Source of the DNA: a virus
Taxonomy: Duplodnaviria > Caudoviricetes
Reading direction: 5' to 3' (one strand)
Length of the DNA stretch: 64,000 bases
IMG/VR virus record: IMGVR_UViG_2934965791_000001
Span: 1-64,000 of that record
Shown here: piece by piece, positions 27,475 to 37,747 of the stretch
How positions within the stretch are numbered: the stretch's first letter is position 1
Layout: the number at the start of each line of letters is the position of its first letter
Position numbers and translations under genes: made by a program
The notes under the pieces: generated by a model
Told to the model about the DNA's origin: nothing
Databases searched by the model: none
The model's input: only the letters and a program-made list of their open reading frames with translations

Positions 27475-28310
27475 GACTTGGCCTTGAGCTGGATGGCGTC
27501 GATGTAGCGGCGCAGCGCCACGTAGGTGGACAGCCGCAGCCGGAACTCGCCACCGAGGCCCCAGCCCTTCGACCAGGAGTTCCGCAGGCGGATGACGGTC
27601 TGCTCGGGGATGACGCTGCCGTCGGGGTTCTGCGCGACGGTGTCGACGCCGATCGCGAGCACCTCGTGCCCGCCGGCGAACTTGCTCGACGCCCAGTCAC
27701 CGGAGTCGATGAACCCCTCGGCGTCGGGGGTGAACCACGCCTGGAACCAGGGCACACCGAGGAGGACGGGCCCGTTCTGCAGAAGCGAGACGAGGTCGTC
27801 GGCGTTGGTCGCGTGCACGTAGCCGCCGATGAGGCCGCGCTTCCGGAGCGCGCGAGCAATGCCCAGGCCCGACGAGCCCTCGTCGTTCGGCGGCCAGGTG
27901 CCCGCGATGTCGTCGACGACGGTCTCGTCGTGGTACAGCCGGATCGCGAACTCCTCGCACACCTTGGCGTCGGTGGCGGAGAGACCGACGCCGGCGAGCC
28001 GGCCGGCGCCGAGGAGGAACGCCAGGGCGCCGGTGCCGGCGTTCGCCGTGCACGAGCCGAGCGCGTCGACCTTCACCGCGCCCTTGACGAGGGCGCTGGT
28101 GTCGATGCCCTGCCGGACCAGGTCTTCCTGGTCGAGGATCGGGATGGGGATCTCGTGCCGGACGGGCAGGAGCTGCGAACCGTCGTGGCGGTGGCGGTAG
28201 TTCAGCGACCGTGCGTCGAGCCGGTGATACCGGCCGAGGCGTATGTCGGTGCGCGGGAAGCGATGTACGAGGGTGCCGTGGGTGAGCACTGGGGGCGGTC
28301 CTCCGGGCAT
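27471..28310 (-). CDS. Papain-like (C1) cysteine peptidase
   Basis: LDQ..LGSCTANA, GGHEV, RNSWSKGWG. Confidence 0.88.
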   Translation of the reverse strand: MPGGPPPVLTHGTLVHRFPRTDIRLGRYHRLDARSLNYRHRHDGSQLLPVRHEIPIPILDQEDLVRQGIDTSALVKGAVKVDALGSCTANAGTGALAFLLGAGRLAGVGLSATDAKVCEEFAIRLYHDETVVDDIAGTWPPNDEGSSGLGIARALRKRGLIGGYVHATNADDLVSLLQNGPVLLGVPWFQAWFTPDAEGFIDSGDWASSKFAGGHEVLAIGVDTVAQNPDGSVIPEQTVIRLRNSWSKGWGLGGEFRLRLSTYVALRRYIDAIQLKAKS

Positions 28311-28365
28311 GAGAAAGCCCCCCGGCGGGTGCCGAGGGGCGCATGGGGGTGAGGGTGGGTGGGGG

Positions 28366-28914
28366 TCAGCCAGATATCCACTGGACGCTGAGGGAGACGG
28401 CGACGTCGCCGGCCGCCGAGGTGTTGAGGGCGGCACCGGAGTTCTGGTTGCCCTGGACCTCGATGTAGTCGCCGGCGTTGCATACGGCTTGGGCGACGGT
28501 GGCCAGGCCCGACGAGCCGGACGAGTCGGGGGAGCCCGTCTTGACGAACGACCCGGTCACCGCGGCGCCGTTGACGGTGATGCGTACGCCGCGGTTGCCG
28601 GTGGCGTTGGCGGCGAACGACGCGGACCCGGTGACCAGGTAGGTGCCGGCTACCTGCACCGTGTACCGGCTGGTGTTCGTCGTGGTCGAGTGGCCGTTGT
28701 CGGAGTCGTAGACCTCGGTGTCGATGGTCAGGACGGTCCAGGTGTTGTTCGCAACGGACTGGACCGTGCTCTGGTAGCCGCGGAACCGGGGCACGCCGTT
28801 GCTGGCCGACCCCATGAGGAAGTCGCCCATCGCCTTCACGTTGGCGTTCCATAGGGCGCCGGTGAGGAAGTTCCCCGGCGACTCGGACGCGATGACCGGC
28901 ACCGAACGTGCCAC
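28366..28914 (-). CDS. Minor tail / receptor-binding protein
   Basis: LTGALWN anchor followed by a C1q/jelly-roll-like beta domain; follows the large tail protein. Confidence 0.7.
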   Translation of the reverse strand: MARSVPVIASESPGNFLTGALWNANVKAMGDFLMGSASNGVPRFRGYQSTVQSVANNTWTVLTIDTEVYDSDNGHSTTTNTSRYTVQVAGTYLVTGSASFAANATGNRGVRITVNGAAVTGSFVKTGSPDSSGSSGLATVAQAVCNAGDYIEVQGNQNSGAALNTSAAGDVAVSLSVQWISG

Positions 28915-28923
28915 GGGGACCCC

Positions 28924-31900
28924 CTAGTAGGCGAAGGCGATGGAATCGAACTGGGCGACGGCGTCCCACTGCGCGGGGTCATCGCCGGTGCCGACGGGCT
29001 CGCAGACGACGTCGCCGGCGGCGTGCGTCTTCGTCGTGCCGGCGGTGAGGGTGAGCGTTCCGGTCGTCCACCCGGGGCTCGTGGCGCCGACCGCAGAGAC
29101 GACGGCGAACTCAGCGTTATCGGTGCCGTTCCCGAGGGTGAGTTGCTGCCCGGCCCTGATCTGCTGCGACAGCAGCGGACCGCCGCCGGCCGGCACCGTG
29201 TAGATGGTGAAGCTGTCCAGGTACTGGACGCCGCCGGTGCACTGGTACAGCAGGTAGACCAGCGGCCGGACCCGGACGATCTCCGGGCGGAGCCGCTCGG
29301 GGTTGGTCGGATCGGGGTTGGGGCCGCCGTCGCTCGGGGTGGCCTGGCCGGAGACATAGCCGGTGTACGTGGTGTACGTGGCCCCGGGCTGGCTGGCGCG
29401 GGCCGCGACATAGTGCTGCGACCCGATGGTGTTCGCACCGCTGATGTTGACGCGGGCCCCGTTCGCGGCGATCCCCGTGAGGCCGATGTACACCAGCGGC
29501 GTGCCCGCGGTGGGCGCCGTCGCGGTACGGACCGTGGCCGACACCTGGTACGTCTTCGTCGGGTCGTACGGGATCTCGGTCAAGTCCTCGATAACGGTGT
29601 ACGACGTCGCCTGGAAGGCCGACGTGCCGGCGTCCGTCGTGACGGTGATCGGGCCGGCGTCCGTGCCGCTACCGGTGATGACCCGCCAGTTGCCCGGCGT
29701 GTCGAAGGTCGCGCTGTAGACCGGGGTCAGCTGCGGGTTGGCGATGGTCACGGCCGTCGCCCCGGACGACACGGCGGCCGTCAGGGGGGCATGCCAGGCC
29801 GCGAACACGCCGTAGGGGGTGAGGTCGGCCGGCGAACATTGCAGGTCGAGGAACGCCTCGTTGTCGTCGGAGAACGTCCACTGCATGTTCTCGACGAAGC
29901 AGTCGATCTGCACGGGCGGCGCCGGCGCGGGGGGCCGGCGCATCACCCGTATCCGTACGCCGAGGTCCAGCGCGAGGCACACCGGCCAGAGCGCGGGGTT
30001 CGCCGACGGATGCAGCGTCATCTTGTCCACGCGCGTGGCCGGCTGCCGGTAGCGCGACAGCAGGTACGCCGCGGCGTCGTTGCACTCGTTCGGGTCGGAC
30101 GCGTTGATGGTGCGCTGTAGCGGCCGCGGGAAGTACGCAGCGACCGAGGCGTCGTCGACGGCGTAGAACTGCTGCTGGGTGGACTCTTGGGTGACCGTGA
30201 CCTGGTTCGACAAGTGCGTCGAGTCGTAGTCGAGGGTCAGTTCCTCGTACGGCCACTCGCCGAGTTCGACCTTCTCGCCGAAGACGTAGGCCGGGGTGAG
30301 CGCGTTGTAGCGCTCCTTGCGGCTCACGAACGTGACTGCGCCGGTCGCGTCCACGTAGTGGGCGCCGTTCTCGGTGTCGACGACGGCCTGCAACGCCGAC
30401 ATGGCGTCCTGGCCTTCGAAGTTCGCCGGCCCCATCGACGTCGTGAGCGACGTCTCGACGAAGTCGATGCCGTCATAGCCGGCGTACTTGAGGATCCGCC
30501 CGTACCGGGCATCGGCGGACTCGCCGGCGCAGTTGTTCCGCCACGCCTGGTAGATGTTCGTCATGGCCGACGTCGACAGCGCCGACGGGAACTCGGCGAC
30601 GAAGCTGAGGTTCCCCGCGAAGTTGAACGTCGTGCCATTGCCGACGGTCGGGTCGACCCACGTCCCGACGTTGTCGGAGACCAGGCCGGACGGTTCGAGG
30701 TTCGGGTCGAAGCTGGACCAAGTCGCGTTGAGACCGTCCAGGTTGATGGTCAGCTGAGCGTTGGCGCGGCTGTAGCTGATCTGGACCAAGTGCCAGTTGC
30801 CGTCGGCGACGTTCTTCGTGGTGCTGGGCCTGAAGGTCAAGGCCCCTGCCGTCGGGCCGCCCATGGCCAGGGTGAAGTAGCCGCTGGTGTCGAGGTACAG
30901 GTACATCTGCGAGCCGGACGGGAAGCCGTTGGCGCGAGTCCGGGAGAACGACGACCAGATCACGGCGAGAGACGTCGGCGTCGCCGCGGTGTAGCGGAAC
31001 GCGATCATGCGCGTCCACATGCTGAGGTCGGCGGGGCCGACGATGCCGGCCGAGGACAGCTTGAGGAACGACGCGCCGCCGCTGGTCAGGTTCGTACCCG
31101 GGTTGGAGTTGCTGACCGAGGCGACGGTGCCCGTGCTGCCGGTGTACGTGCCGTTCGTGGAGTCGTTCGCGGCGACGGCCGCACCGAAAGTGATGCTGCC
31201 GGCCCCGTACTTGCCGATGGCGATCTGTACGGGGGGCTGGCTGCCCGTCCAGTCCGCTATGGACGTGGAGCCGGAGGGCTCGTCGAGCTTGTAGACGAAC
31301 CGCGGCTTGCTGGCGTTGAGCTCCATCGTGAGCGCGTCGGCAAGCTGCTGCTGGCTGAGCAGCGCGAAGGTGTCGACGGCGTTCGGCTCGACCTTCCCGT
31401 ACAGGCCGTCGAGGTCCCACGACGACGGCCAGCGCTCCGTCCACCCGGAGTAGACGTCGGTCCACTCCCCCGGGCACGTCCACGCGGACGCGGCGGTGCC
31501 CTTCTCCAGCTGCCAGCCGTCGACCTGTATCGCGGCCGCCGCACCGGGGACGGCGTCGAGCGAGACACCGCACTCCATGGCGGCCGCGGTCGCCGGCGCG
31601 ACGCCGGTGATCGTGATGTGCGTCCACGTGCCGGCCCCGCCGGTCAGGGTGACGGTCGAGCCGTAGGTGTAGCTGCTCGCGGCCGCCACGCCGGCGACGG
31701 TGTACCAGCCGAGATGCGCCTTCACGTTCAGCGTCGTCGACGCGGTGACGTTCCGGACGCGGGCCTGCACCGTGTATGCCTGGCCCGGGGTGACCGACGG
31801 CCGCGACGTGTAGCAGGGGCGTGCGCCGATCGGCTGCCCGGCCGGCACCCCGAACTGGTAAGTGGTGGAGCCCATCCACGAGTTCGACAGCTGCTGGACC

Positions 31901-32862
31901 TGGCCCCCGGTGGAGTCCGTGTCGCTGTTGACGCCGATGAGGTAGTACCCGATGTCGCTGCCGGTCGCCGCGGCGACCTCAAGGAGGTTCCGCGAGGGCG
32001 GCCACATGGCCCTCTTGCGGTAGGGCTGGTACGGGGTGATGTGGCCGGCGTACGGGCCGGCCGTGTTGACGGGGTCGAGGACGGCATCCGGGTTCGCGAG
32101 GGACACGCTGCCCTCGCCGGAACGCACCTGGTCGGTCTCGTACTGCCGGCCGCGCTGCACCGACGACGTCCCGCGGGTGCGGTCGCTGACCTCGACGAAG
32201 CGGTCGGTGGGGAAGGTGCCGTCACCGGCGGTCCACGCCGGCCCCCACGCGTCCTCAATGTGCGGCCAGTTGAGGTTGATGGGGCCGCCGGCGCGGGTGT
32301 TGACGTTGGCGATGGTCGCGGCCATGCCGGCCGACTCGGTGCCGGTCGTGTTGACCTGGAAGTAGAACGCTACGGAGGTGGCGCTCCACGCGTAGGAGGT
32401 GGTCGCGAGGGCCGTCCAGGTGAGGCCGTCGGGGCTGGTGGAGAACGTGAACGCGCCGGCCGACTCGGACAGCATCCACCACCGGTGAAGGTGCGGGTCG
32501 TGGGTCGGTAGCGTCGTCGTCACGGCGACGCCGGCGGTGACCACCTTGAAGGTGAAGGTGCCGCCGGAATACACCTGCGCCACCACGGAGTTGCTCGACC
32601 CGGCGTCGAGCTTCATGGCGGTGTTGATGCTCAGGTTGCCGTTCGGCGCGGGCGTGATCTGCGCGTACACGGAGGAGCCCGTCGCGTCGTACGAGCCCGA
32701 TCCGAGGTTCGCGCTGCCGGCCGCGGTGGGCACGCTCACCATCACCAGGTCGTTGACCGCGTCGAGCGCCAGCTGGCCGGCGTTGGAGGCGTTCCACCGG
32801 GTCAGGTTCACGCTGCTGGCGGCGAACGCGTCCTGGAGCGTGGACAGCTTCGGGTTGGCCAC
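28924..32862 (-). CDS. Large minor tail protein with LamG and carbohydrate-binding domains
   Basis: QRGRQYE baseplate motif; VADGNWHLV (LamG); QAYTV..VDGWQLEKG (CBM-like); follows tape measure. Confidence 0.85.
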   Translation of the reverse strand: MANPKLSTLQDAFAASSVNLTRWNASNAGQLALDAVNDLVMVSVPTAAGSANLGSGSYDATGSSVYAQITPAPNGNLSINTAMKLDAGSSNSVVAQVYSGGTFTFKVVTAGVAVTTTLPTHDPHLHRWWMLSESAGAFTFSTSPDGLTWTALATTSYAWSATSVAFYFQVNTTGTESAGMAATIANVNTRAGGPINLNWPHIEDAWGPAWTAGDGTFPTDRFVEVSDRTRGTSSVQRGRQYETDQVRSGEGSVSLANPDAVLDPVNTAGPYAGHITPYQPYRKRAMWPPSRNLLEVAAATGSDIGYYLIGVNSDTDSTGGQVQQLSNSWMGSTTYQFGVPAGQPIGARPCYTSRPSVTPGQAYTVQARVRNVTASTTLNVKAHLGWYTVAGVAAASSYTYGSTVTLTGGAGTWTHITITGVAPATAAAMECGVSLDAVPGAAAAIQVDGWQLEKGTAASAWTCPGEWTDVYSGWTERWPSSWDLDGLYGKVEPNAVDTFALLSQQQLADALTMELNASKPRFVYKLDEPSGSTSIADWTGSQPPVQIAIGKYGAGSITFGAAVAANDSTNGTYTGSTGTVASVSNSNPGTNLTSGGASFLKLSSAGIVGPADLSMWTRMIAFRYTAATPTSLAVIWSSFSRTRANGFPSGSQMYLYLDTSGYFTLAMGGPTAGALTFRPSTTKNVADGNWHLVQISYSRANAQLTINLDGLNATWSSFDPNLEPSGLVSDNVGTWVDPTVGNGTTFNFAGNLSFVAEFPSALSTSAMTNIYQAWRNNCAGESADARYGRILKYAGYDGIDFVETSLTTSMGPANFEGQDAMSALQAVVDTENGAHYVDATGAVTFVSRKERYNALTPAYVFGEKVELGEWPYEELTLDYDSTHLSNQVTVTQESTQQQFYAVDDASVAAYFPRPLQRTINASDPNECNDAAAYLLSRYRQPATRVDKMTLHPSANPALWPVCLALDLGVRIRVMRRPPAPAPPVQIDCFVENMQWTFSDDNEAFLDLQCSPADLTPYGVFAAWHAPLTAAVSSGATAVTIANPQLTPVYSATFDTPGNWRVITGSGTDAGPITVTTDAGTSAFQATSYTVIEDLTEIPYDPTKTYQVSATVRTATAPTAGTPLVYIGLTGIAANGARVNISGANTIGSQHYVAARASQPGATYTTYTGYVSGQATPSDGGPNPDPTNPERLRPEIVRVRPLVYLLYQCTGGVQYLDSFTIYTVPAGGGPLLSQQIRAGQQLTLGNGTDNAEFAVVSAVGATSPGWTTGTLTLTAGTTKTHAAGDVVCEPVGTGDDPAQWDAVAQFDSIAFAY

Positions 32863-32912
32863 CGGGCACCACCTATCTGGCGCCCGGCGGCGCCCTTCGA
32901 GCTATCGGGTTG

Positions 32913-35900
32913 TCAGCGGCTGTACGCCGCGTATGTCGTCGAGTTGCGCATGCCGAGGCGCAGCATCTGCTTCTCGACGACGTCGCGGAGTCTCTTCTCG
33001 GTGAGCACGTGGCCCTCAACGGTCACGTTGATGGTGTTGTGCACGACCGTGCCGCGACGTCCGCCGGCCAGGGCCAGGCCGCTGCCGGCGATGGAGCTTG
33101 CGCCGGCGGCCGCGACGGTCCCGGCGAGGCGGGTGACGGCGCGGGCCGCGTGGTGGCTGCCGTCGTCGACGCCGGCGGCCAGGCCCCGGGGGATCCACTG
33201 GCCGATGGAGGCGAACACCCGGCTCGGGGAGTGGATACCCAGGGCCTGACGGATAGCCTTCTGCATGCTCTTCGCGATCTTGAGCATTTGCTTCTCGATC
33301 GCTTTTTCCTGGCTCTGTAGCCCCTTGACCAGGCCCTTCGCGGCGTTGATGCCGTTGCCGTACATCGAGTCGGCGACGGACTTGCCGGCCTTGGTCGCCG
33401 CGGCGTTCGTCTGCTTGTTCGCGGCGTTGATCGCGTCGATCTGGCCCTTAGTCGCGGTCGACAGCGCGGCCGCGGTCGCCCCGCCCGCGTCGACACCGGA
33501 GGCGGCGATCTGGGCTATGAGGTCGGCGGAGAGACCCTTTTTCTTGAGGGTGGCCAGCTGCGCGGCGAACGCGGTCGCCTTCTGCATCTGGTCCTGCATC
33601 TTGTTGACCACGTCTTGCGCGGTCAGCGCGACGCCCTCCTGCGGGGCCTCCGTGACGACAGAGAAGCCCTGCTTGATGCCGTCCGCAACGGACTTGACCT
33701 CGTCGGACCACTTCTTCTGGAGATCCTTGAGGTTCTTCTGGGCGGTCTTGATCTTGGCGGCGACGGCGTCGCGCTTCGCGGCGAGGCTCCGGAGGGCCTT
33801 GTCCTCCCGCTTCGCGTACGCCTCAAGCTTCTTGATCGTCTTCTCGTGGGCGTCGACCCACTTGTTGCTGACGCCCTTGGTGCCGCGGAGGTCGGCGACC
33901 TTGTTGTACGTCTGCATGAGCAGCGTCTCAATACGGGTCGTCGCCGTCTTCACCTTGGCCGTGGTCCCGGTCAGACCCTGGACCAGACCCTCGTTGAGGT
34001 AGATACCGATCTGCCGGAACACCCGCGACGGGGAGTGGATGCCGAGGACGGACTTGATCCCGGAGACCGCCCGGGAGCCGATCGACTTGACCGTGTTGAT
34101 CGCGGCCGCGGCCTTCTGCTCGGCGCCGTGGATCAGGCCCATGATCAGGTCGCTGCCGGCCGACACGAGGAGGCCGCTGAGGTGGCCGAGCCCGGACATG
34201 ATCCGGCCCGGGAGCCCGCGCACCCACGAGACCATCTCGGTGGCCTTGTTGACCGTGGACGTCTTGAAGGACGTCCAGGCGTTCACGGCTATTGAGACGA
34301 TCTTCGACGTCAGGGAGACGAGGGCGGAGTAGGCGCGGCCCGGGAGGCCGGCTATCCAACTGACCAGCGACTTTCCGATGTTGACGGTGCCGTGGTAGGC
34401 GTCGAGGAACCCCGACTTGATCTTGCCCCAGTACTTGGTGATCAGCAGGACCGCGATACCGATCGGCCCGGTGAGGATCGCGAGCAGCAGCGGCCAGTGC
34501 GCCTTGACAAAATCGACGACCCAACCGATAGCCTCGCCAATCACCTTAAAAGCGGCGTTTACGAAGTTTCGGAACCAGCCGATCTTGTTGTACGCCAGCA
34601 CGAGGGCCGCGATCAGGGCCATGATCCCGAGGACGATGAGCACGACCGGGTTGGCGTCGAGGGCGATGTTCAGCAGCCACTCGGCGGCGGCAGCCACCTT
34701 CGAGGCGACCGCGGAGGCCATGAGCTGAACCTTCTGGATCGCCCACGCGGCGGCCGCGCGGATCCCGGACGCCGCGGCGGTGAGCATCTTCCGCGACAGG
34801 TCGAGGGCCGCGGTCGCGGCCGTCTTCATGGCGCTACCGACGCCCTTGAGGCCGGAGACGAGCCCCGACCAGGCGGCCTTCCCGGCCACCTTCGAGACTC
34901 GGCCGACGCCCAGCGCGAAGCCCTTGACGGCGCCGCCGGCCCGCTTCGCCCCCGACGCCGCGGTGTCGAACCCCTGGCGCAGCTTCCCGCCGAACGTGCC
35001 GGCGAGACCGGTGGACTCGTCCGCGGCCGCGCTGGCGCTCCGGAACCCGCGAACGATGTTCGCGGCCCCCTTGGCACCGCTGACGCCCATCTTCGCGAAG
35101 GAGGTGACCGACTTCGCCGCGGTCGTCGCCAGCCTGACGCTGTACGCGACGACGGACAGCGTGAGGACGCCAGCGATGACGGCGGCGAGGGCGACCGCGA
35201 CGTCCTTGTGCTGTCCGAACCAGCCGATGACCGCGGTGACGACCGGGATGAGCTTGGTACCGATCTCGATCCCGACGACCTGCAACGTCTGCTTGGCCCG
35301 GGCCATCTGGACGTTGAAGAGGCCTTGGGTGGTCTTCCAGCCCTCCACGCTGCTCGACGCGTGGTGAAACGATTCTCCAACCTTGGTGACGCGTTCCTTG
35401 AAGCCGTCGGTGTTCTCCCCGGTGAGCATCAGGGTCGTGTTGAGACCCGTGGCACCGCCGGTCATTTTCTTGATCGCGTCGGTGTACGTCGTCGCGGCCG
35501 GCCCGCCCCGCTTGAGGGCGTCGTTGAACCCGTGGGACCGCTCGTAGAGGGTCGCGAACTGCTGACCCATGGCGTACTGGTCGGCCGGCAGGTTCTTGAT
35601 CGACTTGCCGTACGACTTGACCGACACCGAGCCGTCTTGCAGGCCCGTCGCGAGCTTCTTCAGCCCGGGCGGCATCTTGCCGAGCATCGTCGACAGGTCG
35701 GTGGCCGCCTGCTTGCTGTTGTTGAACGCCGACAGCAGGACCGTGCCGGACTTGCCCATCTTCCCCAGCACGGTCTGGGTGAGCAGGTCCAGAGTCCCCG
35801 TCAGGCCGCGCTTACCCAGGTGCGTCTGCACGTCGGTCGCGGACAGCCCGAAGCGCTGCATCGTGTTGACCGCGACGTTGTTCGGGGCGGCCAGGTTCCG

Positions 35901-36614
35901 GATGGTGTTCGCGAGTTCCTGCGTGCCCTCCCGGGCCGAGGTGCCGTGCTGGGTTAGGGTCGCGAGAGCGCCGGAGACCTGCTCAAAGCTGATCTTGTTC
36001 GCCGAGGCGATCGGCAGGACCGTCGACAGGCTGGAGGCGTATTCCTCCATGGTCATCTTGCCCTCGCCGGCCGCGGTCTTCATGCCGTTCATGACCCGCG
36101 TGGCGTCGACCGCCTTGAGGTGATACGACGCCATGACACTGGTCATGGCGTTGGTGACCGACTCCAGCGAGGCGTTCTCCTCGCGGGCGCCCTGGGCGGC
36201 CGCGGTGAGCACCTTGACGCCGTCGCCGGCGCGGTACCCGGCCTTTTCGACCTGGTACATGCCGTCGGTGAGATTGTGAATCCCGGTGCCGGTGCCCTCG
36301 GAGATGTCGAGGATGCCCTTGCGGACGGTGGCCAGGCCCTTGGTGGACTCGCCGGCGGCGGTCTGGAGGACGGCCGTCGACGCCTGGAAGTCGCCGGCCA
36401 TCTTCACCGAGGCGACCGCGGCGCCGGCCCCGAGCAGGGACACGGAGCGGCCCATCGTGGCGAGGCCGGTGTAGGCCGTCATGCCGGCCTTCTTGAAGCC
36501 GGCCGCGGTGCCGTCGACCTGCGTACGGGCCTGCGCGAGGGTGCCGCGCAGCTGGGTTATGTCGCCCATGAGGCGGACGACGACGGGCGGCAGCAGCGTT
36601 CCGCCACCGGACAC
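32913..36614 (-). CDS. Tape measure protein (TP901-like)
   Basis: 1233 aa, Ala/Gly-rich helical; NPVVLIV segment; two GIHSPSRVF motifs. Confidence 0.93.
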   Translation of the reverse strand: MSGGGTLLPPVVVRLMGDITQLRGTLAQARTQVDGTAAGFKKAGMTAYTGLATMGRSVSLLGAGAAVASVKMAGDFQASTAVLQTAAGESTKGLATVRKGILDISEGTGTGIHNLTDGMYQVEKAGYRAGDGVKVLTAAAQGAREENASLESVTNAMTSVMASYHLKAVDATRVMNGMKTAAGEGKMTMEEYASSLSTVLPIASANKISFEQVSGALATLTQHGTSAREGTQELANTIRNLAAPNNVAVNTMQRFGLSATDVQTHLGKRGLTGTLDLLTQTVLGKMGKSGTVLLSAFNNSKQAATDLSTMLGKMPPGLKKLATGLQDGSVSVKSYGKSIKNLPADQYAMGQQFATLYERSHGFNDALKRGGPAATTYTDAIKKMTGGATGLNTTLMLTGENTDGFKERVTKVGESFHHASSSVEGWKTTQGLFNVQMARAKQTLQVVGIEIGTKLIPVVTAVIGWFGQHKDVAVALAAVIAGVLTLSVVAYSVRLATTAAKSVTSFAKMGVSGAKGAANIVRGFRSASAAADESTGLAGTFGGKLRQGFDTAASGAKRAGGAVKGFALGVGRVSKVAGKAAWSGLVSGLKGVGSAMKTAATAALDLSRKMLTAAASGIRAAAAWAIQKVQLMASAVASKVAAAAEWLLNIALDANPVVLIVLGIMALIAALVLAYNKIGWFRNFVNAAFKVIGEAIGWVVDFVKAHWPLLLAILTGPIGIAVLLITKYWGKIKSGFLDAYHGTVNIGKSLVSWIAGLPGRAYSALVSLTSKIVSIAVNAWTSFKTSTVNKATEMVSWVRGLPGRIMSGLGHLSGLLVSAGSDLIMGLIHGAEQKAAAAINTVKSIGSRAVSGIKSVLGIHSPSRVFRQIGIYLNEGLVQGLTGTTAKVKTATTRIETLLMQTYNKVADLRGTKGVSNKWVDAHEKTIKKLEAYAKREDKALRSLAAKRDAVAAKIKTAQKNLKDLQKKWSDEVKSVADGIKQGFSVVTEAPQEGVALTAQDVVNKMQDQMQKATAFAAQLATLKKKGLSADLIAQIAASGVDAGGATAAALSTATKGQIDAINAANKQTNAAATKAGKSVADSMYGNGINAAKGLVKGLQSQEKAIEKQMLKIAKSMQKAIRQALGIHSPSRVFASIGQWIPRGLAAGVDDGSHHAARAVTRLAGTVAAAGASSIAGSGLALAGGRRGTVVHNTINVTVEGHVLTEKRLRDVVEKQMLRLGMRNSTTYAAYSR

Positions 36615-36656
36615 GGGCGCCCCCCCTTTCTCAGGGTTGGGCGCCCCCCGGGCGCG

Positions 36657-37118
36657 TCAGTGGTGACTCATGGCTGCACGCCAGGCGGAGTAGTAGAGAT
36701 TCGCGAGCGCGCCGGAGGCGGCGAGCTTTTCGTAGGACGGGCGGACGTAGGGCCGAGGCGGTAGTTCCGTCGCCCCGCCGCGGCCGGTGATGCCGCCGAG
36801 TTCCTGGATCCGGCCATAGACGGCCGTGGGGCCGATCTGCGCCTCCCACCGGCCGCGACCCAGCGGGGTGGGGCCCTTGACGGTGATGGAGCGGCGCAGG
36901 GTGCCGGTGATGAGTGACGGGGGCTCGCCCGGGCGGGACGGTGTCGGCGTGCCGCGGGGGTGGCTGGACGTCGACAGCGTCTGTTTGATCTCCCGCTCTA
37001 GGAGGTGCGACGCCTGCGCGGTCGCCGTGCGGGTCGCCGCGTCGAACGTGCCGACCAAGCCCTCAAGGGCTGCGGTCAGTTGGTGTAGGCCGATGACCTC
37101 GACGGAACTGCCCGACAT
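36657..37118 (-). CDS. HK97 gp10-like tail completion protein
   Basis: PP..ITGTLRRSI, YGRIQELGG, PPRPYVRP. Confidence 0.85.
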   Translation of the reverse strand: MSGSSVEVIGLHQLTAALEGLVGTFDAATRTATAQASHLLEREIKQTLSTSSHPRGTPTPSRPGEPPSLITGTLRRSITVKGPTPLGRGRWEAQIGPTAVYGRIQELGGITGRGGATELPPRPYVRPSYEKLAASGALANLYYSAWRAAMSHH

Positions 37119-37122
37119 GCCG

Positions 37123-37372
37123 TCACCCCCGCTCGGCGTCGCGCATGGCCCGGTCGTGGGCGGCTTCCTTGGCGGCGTCGACTTCCATCGCCATGAGTGG
37201 GAGCCGGGCATCCAGCCACGCCGGGATCTCGTCGACCTGGGCTGGCGTCCACCGGTACCGCTCGGCGTACCAGAGGTAGTCGTACGCCTCGTCGACCGGG
37301 GTGATCGGGTGCCCGGCGGGGACGTCGTGCCCCTCCAGCCGCGCCCTTAGTCGGCGGAGGGCGCGGTAGGGG
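37123..37372 (-). CDS. Tail assembly chaperone extension (gpT), reached by -1 frameshift
   Basis: -1 frame reads PYRALRRLRARLEG..AERYRWTPAQVDEIPAW..ERG*; overlaps the gpG end. Confidence 0.75.
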
Positions 37373-37703
37373 ACGCCGGGTCCGTGGCGTCCTTCGCGTC
37401 GGGCTTGGCCGGGAACAGGAGCTTCCGGGACTCCTCGACCGCCTCCGAAAGGGCGTCGTCGTCCTCCAGCGGGATCAGGTCCAGCGACGCCGGCGTCACG
37501 TCCGGGATGGGGAACTCGTACGACCAGTCGATGATCAGGACCCGCAGCAGGCCGTTGATGAGGTCGAGGGCCTGCGACAGGTCGCCGCCGTCGTCCTGGA
37601 CGGCCCGCATGGCCTTCTGCTTGTCGCCGCGACGCAGGGTGTGGGGGTCGCGGAACTGGACCCAGGCGCCGGAGGGGAGGGTGACGCGTTCGGTGGTGGA
37701 CAT
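37347..37703 (-). CDS. Tail assembly chaperone (gpG)
   Basis: 118 aa directly after the major tail gene; AGGAGAG RBS; IIDWS motif. Confidence 0.8.
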   Translation of the reverse strand: MSTTERVTLPSGAWVQFRDPHTLRRGDKQKAMRAVQDDGGDLSQALDLINGLLRVLIIDWSYEFPIPDVTPASLDLIPLEDDDALSEAVEESRKLLFPAKPDAKDATDPASPTAPSAD

Positions 37704-37715
37704 GGCTCTCCTGTC

Positions 37716-37747
37716 GAGGGGGTGAGGGGGTGAGGGGGTGAGGGGGT
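37716..37747 (+). repeat. (GAGGGGGT)4 tandem repeat, G-quadruplex consensus
   Basis: Four perfect 8-bp units filling the tail-tube/chaperone intergenic gap. Confidence 0.9.
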
